From IMG/VR virus record IMGVR_UViG_2548876858_000018: 35,803 nucleotides of DNA; one strand, given 5' to 3'. The position numbers and the translations under genes were made by a program. Positions 18,670-29,176 of this stretch are shown in pieces. Each line of letters opens with the position of its first letter. The stretch's first letter is position 1. This DNA is from a virus. Lineage: Duplodnaviria > Heunggongvirae > Uroviricota > Caudoviricetes. The notes beneath the pieces were generated by a model, which did not search any database, had not been told where the DNA came from, and saw only the letters and a list, made by a program, of their open reading frames with translations.

Positions 18670-19063
18670 AGCGGTGCCTTATGTCCGCAATAACCCGGAC
18701 AAACTGCATCTGTTTGTGGATAACGGTTCGCTGGTTGCCACGGGGGCCAGCTCCATGTCATGGGAGTACCGCTACACCCTGAACGTGGTGATAGAGGATT
18801 TCAGCGGCGACCAGAATCTGCTGATGGCCCCGGTTTTACTGTGGCTTCGGGATAACCAGCCCGATGCCATCAATAACCCGGCGTTACGGGAAAAGCTATT
18901 CACCTTTGATGTGGATATTTTGCGCAACGATGTCTGTGATATCAGCCTTAACCTGCAACTGACGGAACGTGTGCTGGTCAGCACTGACGGCAGTGTGTCG
19001 AGCGTTGAAGCTGTAGCAGAACCCGATGAACCTGAAGAAATGTGGACGGTGAAACGTGGCTGA
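18632..19063 (+). CDS. R: Tail completion protein R (P2 gpR family)
   Basis: Resembles P2 R (…LR.AL…N.D.L..FVDNGS…RYTLNV…F.GD..LL..PVL.WLR.NQPD…); GTG 18632 with GGAG RBS preferred over TTG 18611. Confidence 0.8.
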   Translation: MNKPQSLRHALNKAVPYVRNNPDKLHLFVDNGSLVATGASSMSWEYRYTLNVVIEDFSGDQNLLMAPVLLWLRDNQPDAINNPALREKLFTFDVDILRNDVCDISLNLQLTERVLVSTDGSVSSVEAVAEPDEPEEMWTVKRG

Positions 19064-19502
19064 ACTGCAGAAGGTGGACGACTGGCTGAGTGCCTTGCTG
19101 GCGAATCTGGAACCAGCCACGAGAAGCCGCATGATGCGCCAGCTGGCGCAGGAACTGCGCCGGACACAGCAGCAGAATATCAGGATGCAGCGCAATCCAG
19201 ATGGCAGCAGTTATGAACCGCGCAGGGTAACAGCACGCAGCAAGAAGGGGCGCATCAAACGTCAGATGTTTGCAAAGCTGCGCACCACAAAATACCTGAA
19301 AACTGCCGCCAGCGCCGACTCTGCCAGCGTACAGTTTGAAGGCAAGGTGCAGCGTATTGCCCGTGTTCACCATTACGGCCTGCGTGATCGCGTCAGTCGC
19401 AAAGGACCGGAGGTCCGTTACGCAGAGCGCCGCCTGCTGGGTGTAAATGATGATGTTGAGGCAATGACCCGCGACATGATTCTGCAATGGCTGGCGGGGT
19501 GA
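19056..19502 (+). CDS. S: Tail completion protein S (P2 gpS family)
   Basis: 148 aa, position/size as P2 S. Confidence 0.8.
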   Translation: MAELQKVDDWLSALLANLEPATRSRMMRQLAQELRRTQQQNIRMQRNPDGSSYEPRRVTARSKKGRIKRQMFAKLRTTKYLKTAASADSASVQFEGKVQRIARVHHYGLRDRVSRKGPEVRYAERRLLGVNDDVEAMTRDMILQWLAG

Positions 19503-19506
19503 TCTT

Positions 19507-19524
19507 TGTATCAGCACTGATACA
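19507..19524. promoter_or_regulatory. Ogr-type late promoter activator site (TGT-N12-ACA) upstream of V
   Basis: Palindromic TGTatcagcactgatACA. Confidence 0.55.
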
Positions 19525-19570
19525 AGTTGCAGCACTGCCGCCTTTCTTCCCCTGATGGCAACCTTTCCCT

Positions 19571-20149
19571 ATGAACGCACAATTAACCGAAATCATGCGC
19601 CTTATCACCAACCTGATCCGCACAGGGGTAGTCACCGAAGTGGACAGGGAAAACTGGCTTTGCCGGGTGAAAACGGGCGAGCTTGAAACCAACTGGATCA
19701 GCTGGCTGACGCTGCGTGCCGGGAATGCCCGCACATGGTGGCGACCATCGGAAGGTGAGCAGGTGGTGCTGCTGAGTCTGGGCGGCAATCTGGAAACCGC
19801 CTTTGCGTTACCCGCCATCTATTCGAATCAGTTCGCGCCACCGTCGACGTCGGCGGACGCCTGCGTGACAGAACATCCTGACGGTGGCTGGTTTGAATAC
19901 GAACCCGCCACCGGGCGCTGGTATGTCAGGGGCATCAAATCAATGGTCATTGAGGCCGCTGACAACATCACCATGAAAACCAGTGAGTTTGTACTGGAGG
20001 CTGACCGCACGCGCATTAACAGCGAAGTGGTGATCAATGGTGGCGTTACCCAGGGCGGCGGAGCGATGAGTTCTAACGGGATCGTGGTTGATGCGCATCA
20101 GCATACTGGCGTCCTGAAAGGCGGCGATACAACCGGAGGCCCGGTATGA
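19571..20149 (+). CDS. V: Baseplate spike protein V (P2 gpV family)
   Basis: 192 aa, order V-W-J-I-H-G. Confidence 0.85.
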   Translation: MNAQLTEIMRLITNLIRTGVVTEVDRENWLCRVKTGELETNWISWLTLRAGNARTWWRPSEGEQVVLLSLGGNLETAFALPAIYSNQFAPPSTSADACVTEHPDGGWFEYEPATGRWYVRGIKSMVIEAADNITMKTSEFVLEADRTRINSEVVINGGVTQGGGAMSSNGIVVDAHQHTGVLKGGDTTGGPV

Positions 20150-20505
20150 CGCTTTATAGCGGGATGAACAATACCAGCGGCAAAGTCATTACTGATATTG
20201 ATCATCTGCGCCAGTCGGTGCGGGACATTCTGCTGACACCGCAGGGTAGCCGTATTGCCCGCCGGGAATATGGTTCCCTGCTGTCGGCACTGATAGATCA
20301 GCCACAAAATCCGGCATTACGCCTGCAGGTCATGTCGGCAGTGTATGTGGCGCTGAGTCGCTGGGAGCCACGGTTGACGCTGGATTCCATCACCATCAAC
20401 AGCAATTTTGACGGTTCAATGGTGGTGGAGCTGACCGGGCGGCGGAATAACGGTGTGCCTGTGTCCCTTTCCGTATCAACAGGAGCAGAGAATGGCAGTG
20501 ATTGA
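20146..20505 (+). CDS. W: Baseplate protein W (P2 gpW family)
   Basis: 119 aa, overlaps V stop. Confidence 0.85.
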   Translation: MTLYSGMNNTSGKVITDIDHLRQSVRDILLTPQGSRIARREYGSLLSALIDQPQNPALRLQVMSAVYVALSRWEPRLTLDSITINSNFDGSMVVELTGRRNNGVPVSLSVSTGAENGSD

Positions 20506-21400
20506 CCTTTCGCAGTTGCCTGCACCGCAGATTGTGGATGTGCCGGACTTTGAGACGCTGCTTGCCGAACGCAAGGCAGAATTTGTGGCGCTTCATCCGA
20601 AAGATGAGCAGGAAGCAGTGATCCGCACGCTGGAACTGGAATCTGAACCCGCCACTAAATTGTTGCAGGAGAACGCTTACCGTGAGTTGCTTCTGCGCCA
20701 GCGCATTAACGAAGCCGCGCAGGCGGTGATGGTGGCTTACGCGATGGGCGGCGATCTTGACCAGCTCGCTGCCAACTACAACGTGACACGCCTGACGGTG
20801 ACGCCTGCTGATAATGATGCTGTGCCGCCCGTTGCAGCTGTGATGGAAAGCGATGAAGCGTTGCGCCTGCGTGTGCCTGCAGCCTTTGAAGGGCTTTCTG
20901 TTGCGGGGCCAACTGCAGCTTATGAATTTCATGCCCGAAGCGCCGACGGTCGGGTGGCGGATGCCAGTGCAACCAGCCCGGCACCTGCAGAGGTGGTGCT
21001 GACTGTCCTTAGCCGCGAAGGCGATGGAACTGCAGAAAAAGACCTGCTGGACGTGGTGGAAAAAGCTCTGAACAGTGAGAACGTCCGCCCGGTGGCTGAC
21101 CGTCTTACGGTTCGCAGCGCAGAAATCATCCCGTATCGCGTGGAAGCCACCATTTTTCTCTATCCGGGACCGGAAGCAGAGCCGGTAATGGCAGCGGCAA
21201 AAGCCAGTCTGCAGAAGTACATTGCCAGCCAGACGAGGCTTGGTCGGGATATTCGCCGTAGCGCCATCTTTGCTGCTCTGCATGTTGAGGGTGTTCAACG
21301 TGTGGAACTGGCTTCTCCGCTGGCGGATGTGGTCCTGAACAAAACACAGGCGGCATCATGTACGCAGTGGAGCGTAACCAACGGAGGAACGGATGAATAG
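20492..21400 (+). CDS. J: Baseplate protein J (P2 gpJ family)
   Basis: ATG 20492 with RBS AGGAG; 302 aa. Confidence 0.85.
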   Translation: MAVIDLSQLPAPQIVDVPDFETLLAERKAEFVALHPKDEQEAVIRTLELESEPATKLLQENAYRELLLRQRINEAAQAVMVAYAMGGDLDQLAANYNVTRLTVTPADNDAVPPVAAVMESDEALRLRVPAAFEGLSVAGPTAAYEFHARSADGRVADASATSPAPAEVVLTVLSREGDGTAEKDLLDVVEKALNSENVRPVADRLTVRSAEIIPYRVEATIFLYPGPEAEPVMAAAKASLQKYIASQTRLGRDIRRSAIFAALHVEGVQRVELASPLADVVLNKTQAASCTQWSVTNGGTDE

Positions 21401-21998
21401 TCTGCTGCCACCGGGTTCAACTTCACTGGAGCGCCGACTGGCGCAAACCTGTAGCGGGATTTCTGATTTGCAGGTGCCGCTGCGTGACTTGTGGAATCCG
21501 GCTACCTGTCCGGTCAGCTTCCTGCCTTATCTCGCCTGGGCGTTCTCTGTGGATCGCTGGGACGAGGGCTGGACAGAAAGCGTCAAGCGCCAGGTGGTGA
21601 AGGATGCTTTTTATATTCATCAGCATAAAGGAACCACCAGTGCCGTGCGGCGGGTGGTGGAACCGTTCGGATTCCTGATCCGCATTATTGAGTGGTGGCA
21701 GACCGGAGAAACACCGGGCACGTTTCGCCTGGATATCGGCGTGCAGGACCAGGGCATCACTGAAGATACCTATCTGGAACTTGAGCGACTGATAAGCGAT
21801 GCCAAACCATGTAGCCGCCACATGATCGGCATGTCCATCAATCTGCAGACCAGCGGCCCGCATTGGGTGAGAGCCGCCAGCTATCTTGGCGAAGAAATCA
21901 CGATCTATCCGTATATCAACGAAACGATTATTTCCGGTGGCACCGCGCATGAAGGCGGGGCGGTCCATGTTATTGACACAATGAGAGTGAATCCATGA
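21393..21998 (+). CDS. I: Tail protein I (P2 gpI family)
   Basis: 201 aa, overlaps J and H. Confidence 0.8.
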   Translation: MNSLLPPGSTSLERRLAQTCSGISDLQVPLRDLWNPATCPVSFLPYLAWAFSVDRWDEGWTESVKRQVVKDAFYIHQHKGTTSAVRRVVEPFGFLIRIIEWWQTGETPGTFRLDIGVQDQGITEDTYLELERLISDAKPCSRHMIGMSINLQTSGPHWVRAASYLGEEITIYPYINETIISGGTAHEGGAVHVIDTMRVNP

Positions 21999-23554
21999 GC
22001 ACAAAATTTTATACCCTGCTGACGGATATTGGCGCGGCGAAACTTGCCAGCGCCGCCGCGCTCGGTGTGCCGCTAAAAATTACCCATATGGCGGTGGGCG
22101 ATGGCGGTGGAGTATTGCCAACGCCGGACGCAAAGCAGACGGCACTGGTAAATGAGAAACGCCGGGCTGCGCTGAATATGCTTTATATCGACCCGCAGAA
22201 CAGCAGCCAGATTATTGCCGAACAGGTGATCCCTGAAAACGAGGGCGGTTGGTGGATACGTGAAGTGGGCTTGTTTGATGAGTCCGGGGCATTGATTGCC
22301 GTGGGCAACTGCCCGGAAAGCTATAAGCCGCAACTGGCTGAAGGTAGCGGGCGCACTCAGACCGTGCGCATGGTGCTGATTACCAGCAGCACGGACAATA
22401 TCACCCTGAAAATCGACCCTGCTGTAGTGCTGGCAACCCGCAAGTATGTGGATGACAAGGCACTGGAGCTGAAGGTGTACGCGGATGATCAGATGGCAAA
22501 ACATCTTGCCGCACCGGACCCGCATTCACAGTACGCGCCAAAAGCCAGCCCGACATTTACCGGAACCCCCAAAGCGCCAACGCCAGCGGCGGGGAATAAT
22601 ACCACGCAGGTTGCGACCACTGCGTTTGTACAGGCGGCACTGACGGCCCTTATTAATGGTGCGCCAGCCACGCTGGACACGCTGAAAGAAATAGCCGCAG
22701 CCATTAACAATGATCCGAATTTCAGTACCACCATTAACAATGCGCTGGCACTTAAAGCACCGTTGTCGAGTCCGGCACTCACCGGAACGCCAACAGCCCC
22801 CACGGCGGCGCAGTCGGTCAACAATACACAGATTGCCACTACGGCTTTTGTGAAATCGGCGATTGCAGGAATGGTGGGTTCTGCACCTGCTGCACTGGAT
22901 ACACTGAACGAACTGGCGGCGGCACTGGGGAATGATCCGAACTTTGCCACGACAATGCTTAATGCGCTGGCAGGTAAACAACCGCTGGACAATACGCTTA
23001 CCAATTTGAGTGGAAAGGATGTAGCTGGTCTTCTCACATACCTTGGTTTGGGAGAAGGTTCGGCATTACCCGTTGGTGTGCCTGTTCCGTGGCCTTCCGC
23101 CACTCCGCCAACAGGCTGGCTGAAATGCAACGGTGCAGCATTTTCTGCTGAAGAATACCCGGAACTGGCAAAGGCTTACCCGACAAATAAATTGCCTGAT
23201 TTACGTGGTGAGTTTATTCGTGGCTGGGATGACGGACGTGGTATGGATACGGGGAGGGCAATATTATCAGCTCAGGGCGATGCCATACGTAATATCTATG
23301 GTGAGTTCAGAACTGTAAACACTGAAAATTATTCAATATGGGAAACAGCAGGCTCGTTTAAGGGGGCCATAGTGCCATTGAGTCCCTCTACAAACAATAG
23401 TTATTTCTCCTTAACCAGAAGTATGGTGACAGAAAGAGCAGACGGCGCTGTTTACCCAAAAGTGATTGGCCTTGATGCTTCAAGAATTGTTCCAACTGCA
23501 AACGAAAATCGACCCCGTAACATTGCCTTTAATTATATCGTGAGGGCTGCCTGA
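21995..23554 (+). CDS. H: Tail fibre protein H (constant N-terminal part plus currently expressed variable C-terminal cassette)
   Basis: N-terminus MSTKFYTLLTDIGAAKLA...MAVGDGGG matches P2 H; C-terminal part after 23057 lies inside the invertible segment. Confidence 0.85.
   Translation: MSTKFYTLLTDIGAAKLASAAALGVPLKITHMAVGDGGGVLPTPDAKQTALVNEKRRAALNMLYIDPQNSSQIIAEQVIPENEGGWWIREVGLFDESGALIAVGNCPESYKPQLAEGSGRTQTVRMVLITSSTDNITLKIDPAVVLATRKYVDDKALELKVYADDQMAKHLAAPDPHSQYAPKASPTFTGTPKAPTPAAGNNTTQVATTAFVQAALTALINGAPATLDTLKEIAAAINNDPNFSTTINNALALKAPLSSPALTGTPTAPTAAQSVNNTQIATTAFVKSAIAGMVGSAPAALDTLNELAAALGNDPNFATTMLNALAGKQPLDNTLTNLSGKDVAGLLTYLGLGEGSALPVGVPVPWPSATPPTGWLKCNGAAFSAEEYPELAKAYPTNKLPDLRGEFIRGWDDGRGMDTGRAILSAQGDAIRNIYGEFRTVNTENYSIWETAGSFKGAIVPLSPSTNNSYFSLTRSMVTERADGAVYPKVIGLDASRIVPTANENRPRNIAFNYIVRAA
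23043..23057. repeat. Left inversion crossover site (inverted-repeat core TTGGTTTGGGAGAAG) inside H
   Basis: 15-bp exact match to reverse complement of 24936-24950. Confidence 0.55.
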
Positions 23555-24156
23555 TGGATAAAGCTATATTAAATAAGGAACTCATCGCCACAAAGGCGGG
23601 AGATATTACCGTTTATAATTATGATGGTGAAACGCGGGAATATATTTCTACATCAACTGAATATCTTGCTGTTGGCGTCGGTATCCCGGCATGTTCTTGT
23701 TTAGATGCGCCAGTTACACATAAAGCTGGTTATGCTATCTGCCGCTCAGCAGATTTTAACTCATGGGAATATGTGCCAGACCATCGCGGTGAAATTGTCT
23801 ATAACACCGAAACGGGAGATGCCAAAGAAATCACAGCACCAGGCGACTATCCCGAAAAAACAACCACTCTCGCACCGTTAACGCCATACGATAAATGGGA
23901 TGGTGAGAAATGGGTGACCGATACTGAGGCACAGCATAGCGCCGCAGTAGAAGCGGCAGAAGCACAGCGCCAGTCGCTGATTGATGCTGCAATGGCTTCT
24001 ATCAGTCTGATTCAACTGAAATTACAGGCCGGGCGGAAGCTGACGCAGACAGAAAACACCCGACTTAACGCCGTGCTGGATTACATTGACGCGGTGACGG
24101 CAACAGATACCAGCACCGCGCCGGATGTCATCTGGCCTGAACTGCCGGAGGCGTAG
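23554..24156 (+). CDS. G: Tail fibre assembly chaperone G (P2 gpG family)
   Basis: 200 aa; N-terminal region resembles tail fibre assembly proteins. Confidence 0.8.
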   Translation: MDKAILNKELIATKAGDITVYNYDGETREYISTSTEYLAVGVGIPACSCLDAPVTHKAGYAICRSADFNSWEYVPDHRGEIVYNTETGDAKEITAPGDYPEKTTTLAPLTPYDKWDGEKWVTDTEAQHSAAVEAAEAQRQSLIDAAMASISLIQLKLQAGRKLTQTENTRLNAVLDYIDAVTATDTSTAPDVIWPELPEA

Positions 24157-24601
24157 GCCATTCAATATCTGGAGCACTGGAGGTATCAACCAGTTCCAGT
24201 GCGTCCAGATAATCCAGCCACAAATTATATTGCGCCAGTTCCTCACCTTTCAGACGACCAATAGCCGCTTTACCGGGCCATTGTTTACTGTTCATGTATT
24301 CGTTGACCTGGTTAATCAATTGCTGCTTTTTCAATTCGGCTGCGGCAATCTGTTCCTCATGTGTTGGTGGTGGAATATCTGCCCATGATGGCATTCCATC
24401 TTCACCAACGCACCTGTATTTTCCTTCTGGTGCTGGTTTAAGTGCAAATTCTTCGAAAACAGAATATTTAACGGGTTTTGCATCTGCTGGAAAAGAATTA
24501 GATTTAATATATTCTTGTTTCAAATGCTCAGGGTAAAATGCATTATTTATAGAGCTGTAGTATATTATGCTCGACATTTTATAATCCTTATGGAAGCTCA
24601 A
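24128..24601 (-). CDS. Alternative tail fibre assembly chaperone (inverted cassette)
   Basis: Convergent with G; C-terminal ...DYLDA...TDTS.APD..WPE/TPP conserved with G on + strand; start uncertain. Confidence 0.7.
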   Translation of the reverse strand: MSFHKDYKMSSIIYYSSINNAFYPEHLKQEYIKSNSFPADAKPVKYSVFEEFALKPAPEGKYRCVGEDGMPSWADIPPPTHEEQIAAAELKKQQLINQVNEYMNSKQWPGKAAIGRLKGEELAQYNLWLDYLDALELVDTSSAPDIEWPTPPAVQAR

Positions 24602-24990
24602 TATCCCAGTACCAGAAAATCACCTGTTTCAGTTGCGGCTGAAGTTGATATAGTCCTTGCAGCACAAATGGCCTTTAATTCTGTTTTTGTTAGTTCGGAC
24701 ACTCCCCAGGAATTAATACCTATTGGGCCTGTGGATACTGCGGTTTTTTCAGCAATAAATGCCATAAATGCAGAATTTGGAAAAGCAATAGGATAACTTC
24801 CTGTTGCAACACCAGTTTTACTATCAGAAGGTCCGATTCTTCCCCATTGGATAATAAAAGACTTCCCCTCTATAACAGGGATTTTTATCCAGCCAGATGA
24901 TGATAAAGAGCCACTAATCGCAGGCAATTTGGCCGCTTCTCCCAAACCAACGTTTATGAAAATGCAGAGATAACGGCTAACTGGCATCAT
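24598..24990 (-). CDS. Alternative tail fibre C-terminal cassette (silent in this orientation)
   Basis: Minus-strand ORF whose 5' end contains the crossover-site repeat; lacks own N-terminal constant region. Confidence 0.6.
   Translation of the reverse strand: MMPVSRYLCIFINVGLGEAAKLPAISGSLSSSGWIKIPVIEGKSFIIQWGRIGPSDSKTGVATGSYPIAFPNSAFMAFIAEKTAVSTGPIGINSWGVSELTKTELKAICAARTISTSAATETGDFLVLGY
24936..24950. repeat. Right inversion crossover site (inverted copy of 23043-23057)
   Basis: Reverse complement equals TTGGTTTGGGAGAAG; lies just upstream of invertase gene. Confidence 0.55.
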
Positions 24991-25011
24991 CCCCGGTTTT
25001 TATTCAGGGGA

Positions 25012-25247
25012 TTGATCATGCTTATTGGCTATGTACGCGTGTCAACAAATGACCAGAACACCGATTTGCAACGTAATGCACTGAACTGCGCGGGATGTGA
25101 GCGGATTTTTGAGGACAAAATCAGTGGCACTAAGTCCGACAGACCGGGGCTGAAAAAACTACTCAGGACACTATCGGCAGGAGACACGCTGGTTGTCTGG
25201 AAGCTGGACAGGTTGGGGCGCAGTATGCGGCATCTTGTTACGCTGAT
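25012..25247 (+). pseudogene. Gin/Pin/Cin-family serine DNA invertase, N-terminal fragment (gene interrupted by IS)
   Basis: MIMLIGYVRVSTNDQNTDLQRNAL... near-identical pattern to Mu Gin N-terminus; reading frame enters IS at 25248. Confidence 0.85.
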
Positions 25248-25255
25248 TGTAGTGG

Positions 25256-26505
<1,250 letters not shown>

Positions 26506-26845
26506 GATAGAAGAGTTGCGCCAGCGTGGTGTGAATTTCAGAAGCCTGACTGACAGTATTGATACCAGTACCCCAATGGGCCGTTTCTTTTTTCATGTCA
26601 TGGGTGCCCTGGCTGAAATGGAACGCGAACTGATAGTTGAACGTACCAGGGCAGGGCTGGCTGCAGCTCGTGCCAAAGGCAGAGTAGGTGGACGCCGTCC
26701 TAAGTTGACCACCGAACAGTGGGCACAGATTGGGCGTTTACTCGAGGCCGGAGAATCAAGACAGCGTATTGCACTGATTTTTGATGTAGGCGTTTCTACC
26801 ATTTATAGAAAATTTCCGGCAAATAAGATCAATGAATCCCCCTGA
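26506..26845 (+). pseudogene. Gin/Pin/Cin-family serine DNA invertase, C-terminal fragment
   Basis: ...ELRQRGVNFRSLTDSIDTSTPMGRFFFHVMGALAEMEREL...GGRRPKLT... matches Gin C-terminal two-thirds; removing IS plus one GAT copy restores frame (…LVTLIEELRQRG…). Confidence 0.85.
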
Positions 26846-26892
26846 ATCAGCATTATGTTGATTATCCCTGCAAGCAGACAAATACCGTTATT

Positions 26893-26910
26893 TTGTGTGA
26901 ATAACGACAC
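26893..26910. promoter_or_regulatory. Ogr-type late promoter activator site (TGT-N12-ACA) upstream of FI
   Basis: TGTgtgaataacgacACA about 80 bp upstream of FI start. Confidence 0.5.
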
Positions 26911-26987
26911 AACTGCGCTTAGCTGTTTGTCAGGCACAATCACTTCAACATAGGGCGAAGCCTAATCCAATCAGGAGGTTCGCCACT

Positions 26988-28160
26988 ATGGCTCAGGATT
27001 ACCACCACGGGGTGCGCGTTGTTGAAGTCAACGAAGGCACCCGATCTATTACCACGGTGAGCACCGCCATCGTGGGTATGGTCTGCACGGGCGATGATGC
27101 CGATGCAAAAATGTTTCCTCTTAATAAACCCGTGCTGATCACTGATGTGCTGACTGCCAGCGGTAAAGCGGGTGAGTCAGGTACTCTGGCCCGTTCGCTG
27201 GATGCCATCGCTGACCAGGCAAAACCCGTGACCATTGTTGTGCGTGTGCCGCAGGGTGAAACGGAAGACGAAACCACGACCAATATCATCGGCGCAGTGA
27301 CCGCTGAAGGTAAAAAAACAGGTATGAAAGCCCTGTTATCTGCCCAGTCACAGCTCGGCGTTAAACCGCGCATTCTCGGCGTGCCAGGCCACGACACCAA
27401 GGCGGTAGCTACTGAGTTGCTGAGCGTGGCGCAAAGCCTGCGTGGATTTGCTTACCTGTCAGCGTATGGCTGCAAGACAGTGCAGGAGGCGATCACTTAC
27501 CGCGAAAACTTCAGCCAGCGCGAAGGGATGCTGATCTGGCCTGACTTTACTGGCTGGGACACGGTGCTGAATGCCGAAGCAACGGCATATGCCACCGCCC
27601 GTGCGCTTGGTCTGCGCGCCAAAATTGACGAGCAGACCGGATGGCACAAAAGCCTGTCCAACGTGGGCGTGAACGGTGTCACCGGAATTTCTGCAGATGT
27701 GTTCTGGGATCTGCAGGACCCGGCAACCGATGCAGGTCTGCTGAACCAGAACGACGTCACCACGCTTGTGCGTAAAGACGGTTTCCGCTTCTGGGGTTCC
27801 CGCTGCCTGAGTGATGACCCGCTCTTTGCCTTCGAAAACTACACCCGCACGGCGCAGGTGCTGATGGACACGATGGCAGAAGCACACATGTGGGCGGTGG
27901 ATAAACCGCTTAACCCGTCGCTGGCCCGCGACATTATCGAAGGTATCCGCGCCAAAATGCGCAGCCTGGTCAGTCAGGGCTATCTCATTGGTGGTGATTG
28001 CTGGCTGGATGAGTCGGTGAACGACAAAGACACGCTGAAAGCCGGAAAACTCACCATCGACTACGACTACACGCCAGTGCCGCCACTTGAAAACCTGATG
28101 CTGCGTCAGCGCATCACCGATCAGTACCTGGTGAATTTCGCCAGCCAGGTCAGCGCGTAA
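26988..28160 (+). CDS. FI: Tail sheath protein (P2 gpFI family)
   Basis: 390 aa; N-terminus [31 protein letters not shown] matches P2 FI. Confidence 0.9.
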   Translation: MAQDYHHGVRVVEVNEGTRSITTVSTAIVGMVCTGDDADAKMFPLNKPVLITDVLTASGKAGESGTLARSLDAIADQAKPVTIVVRVPQGETEDETTTNIIGAVTAEGKKTGMKALLSAQSQLGVKPRILGVPGHDTKAVATELLSVAQSLRGFAYLSAYGCKTVQEAITYRENFSQREGMLIWPDFTGWDTVLNAEATAYATARALGLRAKIDEQTGWHKSLSNVGVNGVTGISADVFWDLQDPATDAGLLNQNDVTTLVRKDGFRFWGSRCLSDDPLFAFENYTRTAQVLMDTMAEAHMWAVDKPLNPSLARDIIEGIRAKMRSLVSQGYLIGGDCWLDESVNDKDTLKAGKLTIDYDYTPVPPLENLMLRQRITDQYLVNFASQVSA

Positions 28161-28169
28161 GGGGACAAC

Positions 28170-28685
28170 ATGGCTTTACCACGCAAATTAAAACACCTGA
28201 ACCTGTTTAACGACGGGAACAACTGGCAGGGGATCGTTGAGTCGCTGACGCTGCCGAAATTTACCCGCAAATATGAGAAGTATCGCGGCGGCGGAATGCC
28301 GGGTGCGGTGGATGTGGATCTGGGGCTTGATGACAGTGCGCTGGACACAGAATTTTCCATTGGTGGTACTGAATTGCTGCTGTTTAAACAGATGGGTAAA
28401 GCCACGGTGGATGGCATCCAGCTGCGCTTTACCGGCTCTATTCAGCGTGACGATACCGGGGAAGTGCAGGCCGTGGAGCTTGTCGTGCGTGGACGTCACA
28501 AAGAAGTGGATTCCGGCGAGTGGAAGACGGGCGAAAGCAACACGACCAAAGTGACCAGTACCAACAGCTACGCGAAGCTGACCATCAATGGTGAGGTGCT
28601 CTATGAAGTGGACCTTATCAACATGGTGGAAATTGTGGACGGTGTGGACCTGATGGAAGCGCACCGCAACGCCCTCGGCCTCTGA
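28170..28685 (+). CDS. FII: Tail tube protein (P2 gpFII family)
   Basis: 171 aa; MALPRKLKHLNLF...YRGGGM...VDLGLDD matches P2 FII. Confidence 0.9.
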   Translation: MALPRKLKHLNLFNDGNNWQGIVESLTLPKFTRKYEKYRGGGMPGAVDVDLGLDDSALDTEFSIGGTELLLFKQMGKATVDGIQLRFTGSIQRDDTGEVQAVELVVRGRHKEVDSGEWKTGESNTTKVTSTNSYAKLTINGEVLYEVDLINMVEIVDGVDLMEAHRNALGL

Positions 28686-28739
28686 TATATCTGAACGGCG
28701 CGGGATACCGCGCCAGAACCCAATTGACAGGACAGTAAA

Positions 28740-29042
28740 ATGAGCGATAAGCAGACTGAAAAGACCATTCAACTGGATACCCCCATCAAGCGCGGTAAAA
28801 CAGAAATCACCGAAATTGTGCTGCGTAAACCGCAGTCTGGTGCGCTACGCGGTACACGCCTGCAGGCCATTATGGATATGGATGTGAACGCGATGATGAC
28901 CGTGATCCCCCGCATCTCCAGCCCGGCACTGACTGCACAGGAAATTGCAGAGATGGACCCGGCAGATCTCACTGCCATGTCGGTTGAGGTTGTCACTTTT
29001 TTGTTGAAGAAGTCGGTGCTTGCCGGTTTACCGACAGCCTGA
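28740..29042 (+). CDS. E: Tail assembly chaperone E (P2 gpE family)
   Basis: 100 aa; contains TTTTTTG slippery heptamer near 3' end. Confidence 0.8.
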   Translation: MSDKQTEKTIQLDTPIKRGKTEITEIVLRKPQSGALRGTRLQAIMDMDVNAMMTVIPRISSPALTAQEIAEMDPADLTAMSVEVVTFLLKKSVLAGLPTA

Positions 29043-29176
29043 CGGTTGACGATCTGGTGGCAGATATCGCCACCATTTTTCACTGGCCGCCATCCGTTAC
29101 TGACGTTATGCCGCTGACCGAAGTGCTGGAATGGCGGTATAAAGCGATTCAGAGAAGCGGGGCCAACGATGAGTGA
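28740..29176 (+). CDS. Tail assembly chaperone E+E' (predicted -1 programmed frameshift product)
   Basis: -1 shift at TTTTTTG (28997-29003) opens a frame to TGA at 29174-29176, overlapping T start. Confidence 0.6.

Noticed and set aside
20396-21298. 300-aa ORF on - strand overlapping baseplate J
   Set aside because: Antisense to J; Cys/His/Arg-rich composition typical of non-coding frames in high-GC sequence.
22489-23130. 213-aa and 151-aa minus-strand ORFs within tail fibre H
   Set aside because: Antisense artefacts of the repetitive Ala/Thr-rich fibre coding sequence.
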